Below the pieces are notes generated by a model. The model searched no databases. It saw only the letters and a list, made by a program, of their open reading frames with translations, and was not told where the DNA came from. A stretch of DNA of 64,000 nucleotides from Oopsacas minuta (taxonomy: Eukaryota > Animalia > Porifera): NCBI GenBank assembly GCA_024704765.1, contig JAKMXF010000336.1, positions 133,433 through 197,432 on the forward strand, in the 5' to 3' direction. Positions 1 to 12,576 of this stretch are shown here, piece after piece (within the stretch, counting starts at the first letter, position 1; the number at the start of each line of letters is the position of its first letter). A program made the position numbers and the translations under genes.

Positions 1-122
1 ATATTAGTATTCATGAATAGTTGCTTGACCGAATACTGATAATATTCGGTTTGGACCAACCGAATACAGAATACTGATATTCGGTTGGTATCCGAATATT
101 GAACTATTCGGTGGCAACCTTG
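1..122. repeat. End of a MITE-like element with repeated CCGAATA...TATTCGG subterminal palindromes
   Basis: Four short CCGAATA/TATTCGG inverted pairs followed by GGTGGCAACCTTG, resembling a GGTTGCCA-type terminal repeat; other end lies outside the window. Confidence 0.45.
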
Positions 123-513
123 ATTAAGACACAAATTAGTTTAGAGAGAAAGAAATGTTGTATGTTTACAACGGTGGATCGTTTAATATAGTAAAATTTA
201 ATTTTTACTTGCACACTTCCTGAAACTCTTATTGACTGTATTAAAATCAAAAAATGTTATTCAATCATTTTGCGAACCAAAAATAAGTAAATAATTATCA
301 CTTTGTATACTGTATATAGGGAAATATTGTAATTTGTAAGGCACATTACATCTCTAGTGTATAGATAGTTGAGTATTACAATGAACCACATGTACAATTC
401 GTGTTACGTACTGAAATCTCAGAATTCTATACTCTCCTCAAAATACTACGATATGAGTGTCCATGGCGTTACTTAAAGCAAACCCAGTGAGCCAAAGTAG
501 CCCCAGTTTACCG

Positions 514-914
514 CAGGGGTGGCGCTAGGGGAACTACAGCCCTCCCATCGGGGGACTGTAGCCCACCGTCTGGGAAGGAATTGAAAAAATTGACAAGAAT
601 ATGAATTCTAAAGTTATCTATTTCTGTAAGACTATTCGCCAGTATTTCCACCTTTCAACTTTTTACTATTAATGTGTTTGATAATGTACTTTCGATCAAT
701 CGCCAATACTGTCAGAGAACCACTATACTACTGCAATTGAATTGCAAAGTTTCCTAAATGTAGAATCTCATTATAAGCGTAAAATAAATGTCAAGTGTGA
801 ATGGTTATACATCTATCTAGTGAACAGTGTAGTATACTAGGATTTATATCACAAATTTAGAGCCCCCCCCATAGAACTAAGCCCCTTGTCGGGGATTTCC
901 TGGCGCCACCCATG
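514..914. mobile_element. MITE-like insertion with CAKGGGTGGCGCYAGG termini
   Basis: Starts CAGGGGTGGCGCTAGGGG, ends TTCCTGGCGCCACCCATG (inverted); absent from the paralogous site near 20290, which reads as an empty site. No clear TSD. Confidence 0.7.
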
Positions 915-1497
915 GTCTGCGGCACTCATAAATTGGGAACGGGCTACAGAGGATATGAATATAATATATAGGAAGAACCATGGATGTTGAAATTAATGAG
1001 AGTTTTGTACTTTGTAGTATTCGATGGATAATGAATTCAGAATCCCATGAATATAGTATTACCTCGAATAATATCCGGGGCGAATATATAATCCAAGCCT
1101 CCTTGAGAGGGAAGTTTCAATTTTGTAAACACGATAATTTCGATATAATCCTATGTACTAGCATTATGTGTATTTATCTTAATAAACATAAATCAAAATA
1201 AAGGAGAAATGACGATTCACTTTAAGTAGTCATTCATTCCAGGAGCTACAGGGGGCGAATAAATATTCGAGGTAATACGCTATCTCAAGTCATGAAATAT
1301 ATTGTATATCGTGTGTATCAGCACCACCCGAGGCACGAATTGCGGGTGACAACTAAACAATAACAGCTCATTACTGATAGTCCGGAATCATTGGGAAGGG
1401 GCGATAAATTCAATTTCGGACATAGTCCCCGTAGCCACCATAGCCTCGCCACCCCAAGTAAATGAAGCTTGTTAGTAACAAATAGATATTAAATGAC

Positions 1498-1889
1498 CAT
1501 CATAAACGGTACAATCTCAACCAGATCTAACATTACAGATTTTTCTTGAGCAGATCTAGTCTGTGCTGAGCTATGCATCAGAACTAGTTTATCATTTGAA
1601 TAATTCAGAAATTTCTCCAATACAGAATGGAATAAAATCAAATTCTGAGAACAGATAATTCGGAATTGATAGAGACCATCTTTAGCAGAGGTAGTCTTCC
1701 CGTGATCAACACAAAGCTGACAGAATTTGATTGTCACTAAACTCTGTTCACTCACTTTATCTCTGTGACGTTTATTCCTGAGAACATCGAATAGAACTTC
1801 TATAGCATCGTCGTATTTATCTACTTCAATGAACTCATCTGCACGATTTATAGCAGATTCAGGTTTAAGGGAAATCCAGGTTTAGACAT
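1498..1889 (-). pseudogene. EIF3A: Duplicated eIF3a exon 1, inactivated
   Basis: Reverse-complement copy of 19325-19717; 392 nt versus 393 nt, with a 1-nt deletion in the first codons (GGATTTCCCTT vs GGGTTTTCTGGT); donor GTGAGT changed to GTCATT; no exons 2-3 follow. Confidence 0.9.
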
Positions 1890-2341
1890 CTGAACTAAAC
1901 TCAAGAGAATATTACGAGTATAGTACAGTAGTCAAACTTAACTTAAATTGATGGCAACCTCTGTTACATAATAGGGGCGCGTGAGTCAACTTTGTATTTG
2001 AAATAGCTTAGCTTTAATGAGGAGCGCTCACATCTCATTTCATTCTTTGACTAAACACTAATGTGCATCTCCCTAAAGGAGAGGAACTAATGATATCTGA
2101 ATTATGTGGAATATCGTATCGAGTATTTAGAATAGCAATTTGACGTTAATAGCAAAACTAGAAATCGAGGGATAGTTCGGCATATGGCGTCGTTGTAACA
2201 TGAAGCCATCCTCTATAAGAGGTGAAATAGAACAAGGAATAATACATAATATGGGAAGTGTATAGTTTGTTCAAATGTAAAATAATGTATTCAAAAGGAA
2301 ACATAAACAAAGGTATGAACACTAGTAAAATAGAAAAATTA

Positions 2342-3184
2342 TCAAAAAATATTGAAACGATGTTCATATCCATCACAAACCACAATAACTCTTCCTCTGT
2401 TATCTACTGTAACACCGACAGGACTAGCTATAGAAATCCTGTGTATTAAAGCAAATTTAGAGTCGACAAAAATAATACAGTTATAATCTGTAATAAGAAC
2501 ATTGGTAGAATTGTCAACATAGAGGAAAAATGGATTAATCAGCTGCAATCCATCTCCTCTAGAAATAATACTCTTCTGTAGAATGAGATTATAGTTGTAC
2601 AGATGAAGACAAGGATTAGATCGATCAAGAATATAAATGAATTCTTTTGTAAGTTTGACATCAAGAGGAGATTTGAGGTTATCTTGTCCAAACTGTGTCT
2701 TGTAGGTAAGTTCTTTGGACAGTATCTGAATACGATGATTCTCAGAATCACATATGTATGCCTCTCCGTTAGATTGATCAAATGTCAGACCATGAGGATA
2801 ATAAAATTCCAAATCTCCTTCCCCAGGTTTCCCCATTTTAGAAATAAACTTCCCATTTACTTGATAATTCAAAATACAGTTGTTTATTTGTGTAATTAGA
2901 ACCCTATCTCTACATATAGCTAACCCAATTGGACGATTCATCTTCCCTTCTCCTTCCTCATCTCCAAATTTAAACATAATCTGACCATTACAATCGAATA
3001 CTTTCACACAATTATTCCCCCAATCTGCTACATAGATATCTCCAGTAGAATTATCAATAGTCATTCCTCTAGGTCCTTTAAGATTTTCTAGCCTCTCTCC
3101 CATTTTACAAACACTGACTATAGGTTGTATCTTGCTCTTATAGTCTACAGAGAATTTTCTCTCTAAAGTATTAGCTGTAGCCAT
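2342..3184 (-). CDS. Stand-alone NHL-repeat beta-propeller protein, copy 1 (280 aa)
   Basis: ATG of MATANTLER at 3184; six blades with PxG/D and D/N motifs (PRGMTIDNSTGDIYVADWGNNCVKVF; PHGLTFD...YICDSENHRIQI). ORF-track TTG start is 33 nt upstream of the ATG. Confidence 0.9.
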   Translation of the reverse strand: MATANTLERKFSVDYKSKIQPIVSVCKMGERLENLKGPRGMTIDNSTGDIYVADWGNNCVKVFDCNGQIMFKFGDEEGEGKMNRPIGLAICRDRVLITQINNCILNYQVNGKFISKMGKPGEGDLEFYYPHGLTFDQSNGEAYICDSENHRIQILSKELTYKTQFGQDNLKSPLDVKLTKEFIYILDRSNPCLHLYNYNLILQKSIISRGDGLQLINPFFLYVDNSTNVLITDYNCIIFVDSKFALIHRISIASPVGVTVDNRGRVIVVCDGYEHRFNIF

Positions 3185-4690
3185 TAGTTCAGTTCTGTAA
3201 CTAGAATAATGAAACAATTCAAATAATATAACTTATCTATTTGACTATAAGTAATTAGCTCTAATTATAAATACAAATCAATACAGAGACCTATACAGAG
3301 AGATATCAAATTTATATAATTAAATGAATTTAAATAGAATACAGTATATTCTGGGATGATGAACATTCTTATGTTTAATCGTTAGGTATATTTCAGAGCG
3401 AATTAGATCTGTCACAGAATATTCTGTTTGGCATTACTAACTAGTACTCCTATGTCAAGAAATCTTTAGATTATCCCAGGGATTATCATGATCGGAGGGT
3501 AAGTGTGACATTCGTACTGGTGTCATTGTGAAGTAGCTTCCTGACGCGTGGCTAACTAGTAGTTATACAGGGGTAAGGGAAGTCTTTATTGTTTGAGAGT
3601 GTTGTAGCTTCTAGTTATGGAACAATCTTGTTCCTAGAACCCAATTCCCTAGAACGAGTGTGGAGTCAGCAGCGAATTTCAGCAGTGAATTATGCGGACA
3701 ACTGAACGAGTATGAAGTTTAATAGTTGAGGAAGATATATGCAAACTTTTCTGTATACATTCAAATAAAGCATGCATTTACTTGGCCGATGAACTGTATC
3801 AGGAATGTATTTACTGAGTTTTAAGAGAAGGAATTGTTTATGATAAAATTCAGATGCCAACTTTGATTCTGAATGGAGAACATGATTCTTTTGTCTCAAC
3901 GAATATGGTTGAAGGTTACGAGACATATGTACAGCGTATGGAGAATCAGATTATAAAGTGTGGACGTTGGATGCAGCAAGATATACCTGTAGAGGTTAAT
4001 ACTATTATATGTCAGTTTTGACTCTGTATTTATTGTGTCAGATTTTTGTGATATGTTTAATTCAAATGTGTGAAATTGATTCAGCATATTTGATATATTT
4101 TGCATATTTACTTCAGTCACAAATTTGACACACTTTCACTTGTCAAAATATTAACGAGATTAATATCATTCAATAGAGGAGATTTGAATGTTTTACGGAA
4201 TGTGATTATCGTACAAATTCTTGAATTTTTTTAGACAATATTAACAACTCGCAGAGTCATGTAATTCAAATTGTTAATTGGTAAAGAGTGTTTAAGGGTA
4301 GTACAGTCTGGAGTAGCGTTTCGAGACTGTATTTAGGGATGCTAATTATCATGGATTGACATTGAAATGTATTAAGTTATACTTTCATAATAAATCAAAC
4401 TTAGTAATGACTATTTTAATGTTTATCAATCAGCTAAAATGTCAGACAATTGCAGTCTCGTTGGATTGATTCGTCCAAACTTATCTATAAAATCATTGAT
4501 GTCTACATAAATATCTCTATGCAGGTGAAGGAGAGAAAGTCCAGTCAATCGTTACAAATAAACAAACAAACAGACAGACAGACGGACAAATAATCATTGA
4601 GATTTCGGAATATAGATTGTTGTTTGTCTGTTTGTATATTCTAAAGGAAACATAAACAAAGGTCTGAACACTAGTAAAATAGAAAAATTA

Positions 4691-4792
4691 TCAAAAACTA
4701 TTGAGAAGAGGTTCATATCCATCACAAACTACAATAACTCTTCCTCTGTTATCTACTGTAATACCGGTAGGAAAAGCCATAGACTTCTTGTG
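4691..4792 (-). pseudogene. NHL gene 3' fragment (last blade only)
   Basis: Reads HKKSMAFPTGITVDNRGRVIVVCDGYEPLLNSF* with the same 3' flank as copy 1; abruptly replaced by unrelated sequence at 4793. Confidence 0.8.
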
Positions 4793-5404
4793 TCATGGTC
4801 AGGGTTAGGAGATCACGAAAAGACCTGTGAAATACTACAAAATATCATAACAAATAATTCCAAAATCTCTTCCAGACTTCAGAAAGTATTGAACTTATTA
4901 GGAAATACTAAGGGTAGATTGGACTTCAAAGAATTGGCTAGTAAGGCAGAGCCAAGTAAAATATTGAAATCGGCGAATATATTGGTACAAACTCTATAGA
5001 GATTTCCTCCACACATGGTCATGCAATGAGAACAACTAGAGATATGAAGAAATGGAAGTTGATTTGTGTCTCAAAAGTAGCTGTCATTCTCAGTGAATCT
5101 AAAGATATGGATTTGAAGAATCCCCAATTAATTGAGTCCATGCCTTTTGGTGAAATGACTGGTAAACCTCATTCTTCTTTGATTCATAAACTCACCTCTA
5201 ATTTACTCAAATCGAAGCTAGCAGAAATCCGAGTATTTCACGTATTCAATATGCGACAGCATAGAGAACCCATCCCTATAGGACACTACACTTCAAGGGA
5301 TATTTGCATATTCATAATAGAGACCGTCCTCCCTTAACTTGAAAATGGATAAACAAACAAACAAACAAACAAAACACACAACAATTGAGAATATATAATA
5401 TAGA

Positions 5405-5525
5405 GAGTATAGTAGTACAGTCAAACTTGACATAAATTGATGGCAACTTCTGTATACATAATACGGGAATGGGAGCCAACTTTTCACCAAGTGATATAGG
5501 AAATAGCTTAGCTTTAATGAAGTGT
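5405..5525 (-). repeat. Degenerate copy of the eIF3a upstream region
   Basis: GAGTATAGTAGTACAGTCAAACTTGACATAAATTGATGGCAAC...GAAATAGCTTAGCTTTAATGA matches 1915-2020 and the reverse complement of ~19190-19300. Confidence 0.7.
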
Positions 5526-5591
5526 AACAAATGAGTTATTCTAGAAAGGAAACATAAACGAGTGTAAGTATACTGTAAAATCGAATAATTA

Positions 5592-6455
5592 TCAAAATAT
5601 ACTGATACGAGGTCGTCCACTTCCTTCACAAACTACAATAACTCTTCCTCTGTTATCTACTGTAATACCATTAGGATAATCTATAGATATCTTGTATATC
5701 AAATCAAATTGAGAGTTGAATATAGAAATAGAGCCAGAAGAAGAGATATATGAATAATCGGTAAAAAGAATATTGTTAAAATTGTGAATATAGAAAGAAT
5801 ATGGATCCAGCAGCTGTAATTCATCTCCTCTAGAAATAATACTCTTTTGTAGAGCAAGATTGTAGTTGTACAGATGAAGACAAGGATTAGATTCATCTAG
5901 AATATAAATGAATTCTTTTGTAAGTATAATATCACGAGGAATTCTGAGGTAACCTTTTCCAAACTGTGCCTTGTAGGTAAGATCCTTGGACAGTATCTGA
6001 ATACGATGATTATTAGAATCACATATGTATACCTCTCCGTTAGATTCATCAAATGTCAAACCACGAGGATAATCAAATCCCAATTCACCTTTCCCACGTT
6101 CCCCTATTCTAGAAAGAAACTCTCCATTCACTTGATAATTTAGAATACAGTGGCTAATCTGTGAAATTAGAATTCTATCTCTACATATTGCTAGCCCAAT
6201 TGGACCATTCATCTTTCCTTCTCCTTCCTCATCTCCAAATTTAAACATAATCTTACCATTACAATCGAATACTTTCACACAATTATTCCAGGAATCTGCT
6301 ACATAGATATCTCCAGTAGAATTATCAATAGTCACTCCTCCTGGTCCATCAAGATATCCTAATTCTTTTTCCCTTTTACAAACACTGACTATAGGTTGTA
6401 TCTTGCTCTTATAGTCTACAGAGAATATTCTCTCTAAAGTATTAGCTGTAGCCAT
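5592..6455 (-). CDS. Stand-alone NHL-repeat protein, copy 2 (287 aa)
   Basis: Intact intronless ORF paralogous to copy 1, same MATANTLER start. Confidence 0.9.
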   Translation of the reverse strand: MATANTLERIFSVDYKSKIQPIVSVCKREKELGYLDGPGGVTIDNSTGDIYVADSWNNCVKVFDCNGKIMFKFGDEEGEGKMNGPIGLAICRDRILISQISHCILNYQVNGEFLSRIGERGKGELGFDYPRGLTFDESNGEVYICDSNNHRIQILSKDLTYKAQFGKGYLRIPRDIILTKEFIYILDESNPCLHLYNYNLALQKSIISRGDELQLLDPYSFYIHNFNNILFTDYSYISSSGSISIFNSQFDLIYKISIDYPNGITVDNRGRVIVVCEGSGRPRISIF

Positions 6456-6994
6456 TAGTTCAGTTCTGTAACTAGAATAACGAAACAATTCAAATAATAT
6501 AACTTATCTATTTGACTATAAGTAATGAGCTCTAATTATAAATACAAATCAATACAGAGACCTATACAGAGAGATATCAAATTTCTATAATTATATGAAT
6601 TCTAATAGAATACAGTATATTCTGCTAAGCTCTGACATTCTTATATTTTATTGTCAAATTATATGTCAGGGCGAATTAGATCTCTTGTCATAAAGGAGGG
6701 TAAGTATGACATGTGTACAGGATTGCTTGTGAAGTAGATGTTCTTTATACATCATGACATACAGTAGTAAAGGGTGTATTCTAACTATTTTGACTTGAAA
6801 CAAAATCTTAGAAAACACCGGTTTCCTCTGTATATTGAGTATAGATTGGAATTATCGCCATGTCCAGATGGATCAGTAATTCGGGTTATTCTGTATAATA
6901 TATCACCATTGATTAGGTTGTAATATGAGTAACCCATTGATCCATCGTAACCGTGTCCCATCACTAAGTCAGGTAATAACCTTTCAACACGAAA

Positions 6995-7130
6995 ATTGAA
7001 TATTTTGAACTCTTAATTTGAATTGATACATAAGATATCTAATCTGAAACCTCTGGTATTACAGTAGATAACAGAGGAAGAGTATTATCGTTTGTGATAG
7101 AGCTGAACAGCCTCGCATCAATATTCTCTG
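6995..7130 (+). pseudogene. NHL gene 3' fragment with stop and frameshifts
   Basis: ILNS*FELIHKISNLKP / SGITVDNRGR / IIVCDRAEQPRINIL* across frames. Confidence 0.7.
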
Positions 7131-7465
7131 AATAGTTTTCCTATTTACTTTTAGTTCGTTATCTTAGTAATATTCCTTTTCTATAAACTCTATTATTCCT
7201 TAATTTTATTACATCTACGTATTAGTAATATGCCTCTATGTTATAAGGACAGTACACACTATCCTACTAATTCTATATACAACGGAACCACTGTGTTACG
7301 AACGCGGTTACGAATTACAGGCTAAGACAAACAAATATTTTCACAAATAGACTGTTATTGGGAGGCTACTCATTCGAACGAGTTGTTAAATTTGATGAGT
7401 TTACGGGGCAGCACCATAACATTAATGAAACGCCTGCCACGATCCAAGTCCCCCACTCCTCAAAG

Positions 7466-7602
7466 GTAATTCTGTATTCGAATTTATCCATAGAGTTTCT
7501 ATTCGGGTACCTTCTGTTTCTACACAATTGGGAATTACAGTAGATGATAAAGATAGAATTATTGTTGTTAGCCAAGATAGTGCGAATTCTCTACAGATTT
7601 AG
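7466..7602 (+). pseudogene. NHL last-blade fragment from a more distant subfamily
   Basis: GNSVFEFIHRVSIRVPSVSTQLGITVDDKDRIIVVSQDSANSLQI*, resembling the GITVDNRGRVIVV blade. Confidence 0.6.
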
Positions 7603-7719
7603 TACTATAACATTTGTATTTCATATATTACTAGGGTGCTTCGCTTATTCGCTACGCGGTTGCGAACACTTCGTGTTACACTGGGGCCTACGGCCCTGAT
7701 TACATAGACTCATAATCTA

Positions 7720-8465
7720 GAACATCTGGTCTAGGGAATTGGCTTCTAGGAACAATATTGCGTCACAACTAGAAGCTACAATCTCAAACAGTAAAGGCTT
7801 ACCTTACCTTACCCCTGTATGCTTACTAGTTAGCTTAGCATCACGAAGTTGCTCCACAAGCACTCCTGTACGCATGTCGAACTTACCCACACTTTATGAT
7901 AAATTTTGAGAAGATTCATTTGTATGGAATGTGAGGACTAGTTAGTAAGGTCGGACAGAATAATCCGTACAGATCAAATCCGCTCTAACATATACTGTAA
8001 CTATCAAATATAAGAATAAACATTGTGAAGTAATTGATAAAAGTATAAAATAGTATCATAGTAGAAACACTAGATTATATGTCCTGTTTTGAAAATGTAC
8101 CAAAAACAGTCATTCAGTGATCATTAATATTGTTAGAAAACTATTTTCCTACCTTGGATACAATAGTGCGAAGTAATAATTCATCAAAACAAAGAAAGTC
8201 ATGGTCCGGCTTTTAGCTGGACCAGCAAATTCTGCCCATAAAACGTCCGGCCAAAGCCGGACCTGCCAAACCTACTCCTACGCCTATGATTTTAACGATT
8301 TAATGTATAAGAATGTCAGTGCATAGCAGAATATACAATATTCTATTTGAATTCATATAATTATAGATATTTGATATCTCTCTGTATAGGTCTCTGTATT
8401 GATTTGTATTTATAGTTAGAGCTCATTACTTATAGTCAAATAGATAAGTTATATTATTTGAATTG
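7720..8465 (+). promoter_or_regulatory. Gene-less copy of the NHL upstream cassette, interrupted by an insertion at ~8030-8290
   Basis: Matches 17545-18008; stops at ...ATTCTAGTTACAG about 10 nt before where the ATG would be. Confidence 0.7.
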
Positions 8466-9090
8466 TTTCATTATTCTAGTTACAGTAATGGAGGATAAAC
8501 AATCCTAAACATGGATTTAGTAATGATTCAGGTTGTATCGTTGTAATCACTAAATTGTTGTTATACTACAAACAACTGATCTTATGGTAGATGACACCTC
8601 GCTAATCTGAAATTCACTACATAGTCGAATATTATATCATAACCAATATCGACTGTAATAAAAGCACTAAAAATGGGATAAATAAGGCAATATTAGATCA
8701 ATAATAAATTGTTAACCCTTAAAGGATCTTCAGTGGAGCTTTGTGACAGGGAACGCGCGGTGACTAAAATTTTCACTAAGTTTTATAAGGAATAGCTTAA
8801 CTGCCAAAAGGAGCACTCTCATCCTATTTCGTTATTTGGAAAACACAACTGTGTATCTTCCCAAAGGAGAGGAACTAATGATATCTGAATTATGGGGAAT
8901 ATCATATCGAGGTTTTGGATAAGCTATTTGACGTTGTTCGCAAAGAGAGAAATAGAATGCGGGCTTATGGCGTCATTATAACATAAAGGCATCCTCTATA
9001 GGATGTGAAATAACAATAAGGAATAATACAAAATATTGGGGGATGGAAAAAAGAAACAAAGCTATGAGCACTAGCAAAATAGAAAAATTA

Positions 9091-9942
9091 TCAAAACATA
9101 TGTAGACCTCCGTTACTAACTACGATAACTCTTCCTCTGTTATTAACTGTAATACCGTTAGGATCAGGTATAGATATCTTGTGTATCCAATCAAATTGGG
9201 AGTTGTATATAGAAATCGAGCCAGAAGAAGAGATATTAGAATAATCTGTAATAAGAATATTGTTAGAATTGTCAATATCGAAGAATTTGGGATAAATCAG
9301 CTGTAATCCACGTCCTCTAGAAAAAATACTCTTATGTAGGATAAGATTATAGTTGTACAGATGAAAACAAAGATTAGATTGATCAAGAATATAAATGAAT
9401 TCTTTCGTAAGTTTAACATCAACAGGAGATTCGAGGTTATCTTGTCCAAACTGTGTCTTGTAGGTAAGTTCTTTGGATAGTATCTGAATACGATTATTAT
9501 TAGAATCACCTATGTATACCTCTCCGTTAGATTCATCAAATGTCAGACCACGAGGATATTGAAATTCCAATTCTCCTTGACCTAGTTTCCCTATTCTGGA
9601 AACAAACTCTCCATTCACTTGATAATTCAGAATACAGTCGTTAGTTTGTGAAATAAGAATTCTATCTCTACATATTGCTAACCCAGTTGGACCATTCATC
9701 TTTCCTTCTCCTTCCTCATCTCCAAATTTAAACATAATCTGACCATTACAATCGAATACTTTCACACAATTATTCAAGAAATCTGCTACATAGATATCTC
9801 CAGTAGAATTATCAATAGTCACTCCTTGTGGTCTATTAAGATTTTCTAGCCTCTTTCCAGACATACAAACACTGACTATAGGTTGTATCTTGCTCTTATA
9901 GTCTACAGAGAATATTCTCTCTAAAGTATTAGCTGTAGCCAT
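9091..9942 (-). CDS. Stand-alone NHL-repeat protein, copy 3 (283 aa)
   Basis: Intact intronless paralog. Confidence 0.9.
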   Translation of the reverse strand: MATANTLERIFSVDYKSKIQPIVSVCMSGKRLENLNRPQGVTIDNSTGDIYVADFLNNCVKVFDCNGQIMFKFGDEEGEGKMNGPTGLAICRDRILISQTNDCILNYQVNGEFVSRIGKLGQGELEFQYPRGLTFDESNGEVYIGDSNNNRIQILSKELTYKTQFGQDNLESPVDVKLTKEFIYILDQSNLCFHLYNYNLILHKSIFSRGRGLQLIYPKFFDIDNSNNILITDYSNISSSGSISIYNSQFDWIHKISIPDPNGITVNNRGRVIVVSNGGLHMF

Positions 9943-10964
9943 TAGATCAGTTCTGTAACTAGAATAATGAAACAATTCAAATAATATAACTTATCTATTT
10001 GACTATAAGTAATGAGCTCTAACTATAAATACAAATCAATACAGAGACCTATACAGAGAGATATCAAATTTCTACAAATATATGAATTTTAATAGAATAC
10101 AGTATATTCCCCTATGCTCTGACATTCTTATATATTTATTCGTTAAAGACAAAAGTATTTGTCAGGGCGAATTTGATTTGTCGCCGACTATTCTGTCTGG
10201 CTTTCCTAACTAGCCCTCCTATACTAAGAAATATTTAGATGATCCCAGAAATTATCATAAAGGTGGGCAAGTATGACATTCGTAAGGCGTCATTGTGAAG
10301 TAGCTTCCTGACGCGTGGCTAACTAGTAGGCATACAGGGCTAAGCTAAGCCATTACTGTTTGAGAGCGCTGTAGCTTCTAGTTATGGACAATCTTGTACC
10401 TAGATCCCAATTCCCTATAACGAGTGTGGAGTTAGCAGCGAATTTCAGCAGTGAATTGTGCGGACAACTTAACGAGTGTGAAGTTTTATAACTTGATAAA
10501 GATATGCAAACTTTTCTGTATACATTCTCACAAAAGCATGTATTTATCGGTCCGATTAACTTTATCAGGAATGTATTTACTGAGTTTTGAGAGAAGGAAT
10601 TGTTTATGATAAAATTCAGATGCCAACTTTCATTCTGAATGGAGAGCATGATACTTTTGTCTCAACGGATATGGCTGAAGGTTACGAGATATATGTCTAG
10701 CGTGTGGAGAGTAAGATTATAAACTGTGGACATTGGATGCAGCAAAATATGCCTGTAGAGGTTAATAGTATTCTATGGCAGTTTTGACTCAGAATTATTT
10801 GTGTCAGATTTTCCTGATAAGTTCAATTCATATGTGTGAAATCAGATTCAGCATATTTGATTTATTCTGCATGTTTAGTTCAGTCATTACAACATGTGGC
10901 GGGTAGTGTGCACATTATACTGACCAATGCTCTAATATTGGGGTATATTACATTGGCATGTTGG

Positions 10965-11535
10965 AGAGGCATATCTTGCTGCATCCAAAGTCTACAGTAT
11001 AGAAGCTTACTTCCCACAAGCTGGACATATGTCTCGTGACCTTGTGCCATATTCGTTGAGAGAGAAGGATCATGTTCTCTATTCAGGATCAAAGTTGTCA
11101 TCTGAATTTATCATAAAGAATTCCTTCTCTCAAAAAATCACTAAGCACATCCCTGATATAGTTAATCTGACCGGGAAATGCATACTTTTGTGGGAATGTA
11201 TACAGATTGCATATATTCATCATGTTTGATTAAATTTCTAGAATTCGCTGCTGACTTCACACACCTTCTAGGGAATTGGGTAATAGGAAGATTGTTCCAT
11301 TACTAGAAGCTACAGCACTCTCAAACAGTAAAGGCTTACCCTACCCCTGTTTATCTACTAGTTAGCAACGCGTCAGGAAGCTACTTCGCCATGACGCATG
11401 TCCTACTTACCCTCCGATTATGAAAATTCCTTGGATTATCTAAAGATTTCTTGGTATAGTAGGACTGGTCAGTACTGCTGGACAGAATATTCCGCGACAG
11501 ATCTAGTTCGCCCTGAAATATTCTTTAACGATTAA
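10965..11535 (+). repeat. Inverted, gene-less copy of the NHL upstream cassette (forms an inverted repeat with ~10150-10770)
   Basis: E.g. CTAGAAGCTACAGCACTCTCAAACAGTAA at ~11303 versus TTACTGTTTGAGAGCGCTGTAGCTTCTAG at ~10353. Confidence 0.75.
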
Positions 11536-12000
11536 ATTGATGGGGAAATTCTATCTAGGACCCTAGTGTCCTGCATCATTCTCAGACTTACATTTATTGT
11601 AATATTTCGTACTATTTCACACCTAGATAATTAATATATAGATGGATTGTTGGATTTTCGGGTTTTAAACACTGGTGCAAGTTTTTAAGAAATTTATGGA
11701 AGCATTCAGTGTTTAGAAAAATACGAAATGGCGCTCAAAAGAGATATTTATAGAAACGAGGACGTGATAGGATTATTTATTGCATTAATTATAAGCGGGT
11801 ACCATTGGAAGGGGATTAGGGATTTGTTCACTACCTTCTGGCTCTGGGAGTTTTCATTTGTACTCGTTATTAAGCTACCTGGGAACGCGTAGATGTGAAC
11901 TTCATGCTAATTTTGTGTTTGAAATTACTTTTGTTGGAATTCAATTTCAACTGTATGAACTGATTCATGATGATTTTCATTGTAGAAATCTACACTATTT

Positions 12001-12116
12001 AATCTCAACGAGCCTTTGGCTCTTCGCTTCGCGATGAACTCAGCGCATTGCGGCTTGAGGTATTCAACGGACAAACAAACAGACACACAACAATTGAGAT
12101 TTAATAATATTGATGT
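12001..12116. mobile_element. Helitron-like non-autonomous repeat (related copy ~16268-16378)
   Basis: GCTTCGCG-type palindromic head, (CAAA/CAGA)n tract and AT-rich tail; two diverged copies in the window. Class assignment is by resemblance only. Confidence 0.4.
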
Positions 12117-12576
12117 TGTTTACAATATTCAGACTCAGCCTACTCGATTATCCAAGTAGAATCGTTGAAAGCATGGTTCTACCTCAATTTTGAAATTTGT
12201 TTACTCTTCAAACAAACAAACAAACAAACAAACAGACAAACAAACAACATTCTATATTATTGAATCTCAATGATTGTTTGTCTGTTTTTGCTTGTCCGTT
12301 GTCAAGGAAAGGATTTACGGTATGCAATTTTGAAATTGTTACATAACTATGTATTTATCGTGTTTATCAAGAAAGTAAATAGAATTCAATAAAACTTCAG
12401 TAAATATATCGAACATACTGAATCTTATTTTCACACTTTTGGATTAATCATATGTAAAATTATTGTTGTTTTTATGAATATAAATTAAACAAATTTCAAA
12501 TTGTTGTGGAAACATGCTTTCAATGGTTATACTGGGGTAATCGAGTATGCCGAGTCCGAATATAGTATTGTGTACA
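12117..12576. mobile_element. Fold-back/MITE with ~85 bp imperfect terminal inverted repeats
   Basis: Left TGTTTACAATATTCAGACTCAGCCTACTCGATTATCC...TTTGAAATTTGTTTA mirrors right TAAACAAATTTCAAA...GGTAATCGAGTATGCCGAGTCCGAAT...TGTACA; related sequence at ~16378-16700 and ~33245-33340. Confidence 0.7.

Larger units (their letters stand above)
474..4580 (-). repeat. Left arm of ~4 kb inverted segmental duplication (partner ~16670-20345)
   Basis: Colinear reverse-complement matches seen by eye throughout, e.g. 4500-4570 vs 16680-16760, 4140-4230 vs 17020-17110, NHL 2342-3184 vs 18019-18870, eIF3a exon 1, and 920-1010 vs 20210-20300. Confidence 0.9.

Noticed and set aside
8455-8475. Promoter cassette cut exactly at a splice acceptor (suggesting spliced-RNA intermediate)
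   Set aside because: The junction reads TA|CAGTA, the usual start of Tc1-type MITEs here, so the CAG likely comes from an insertion at TA.
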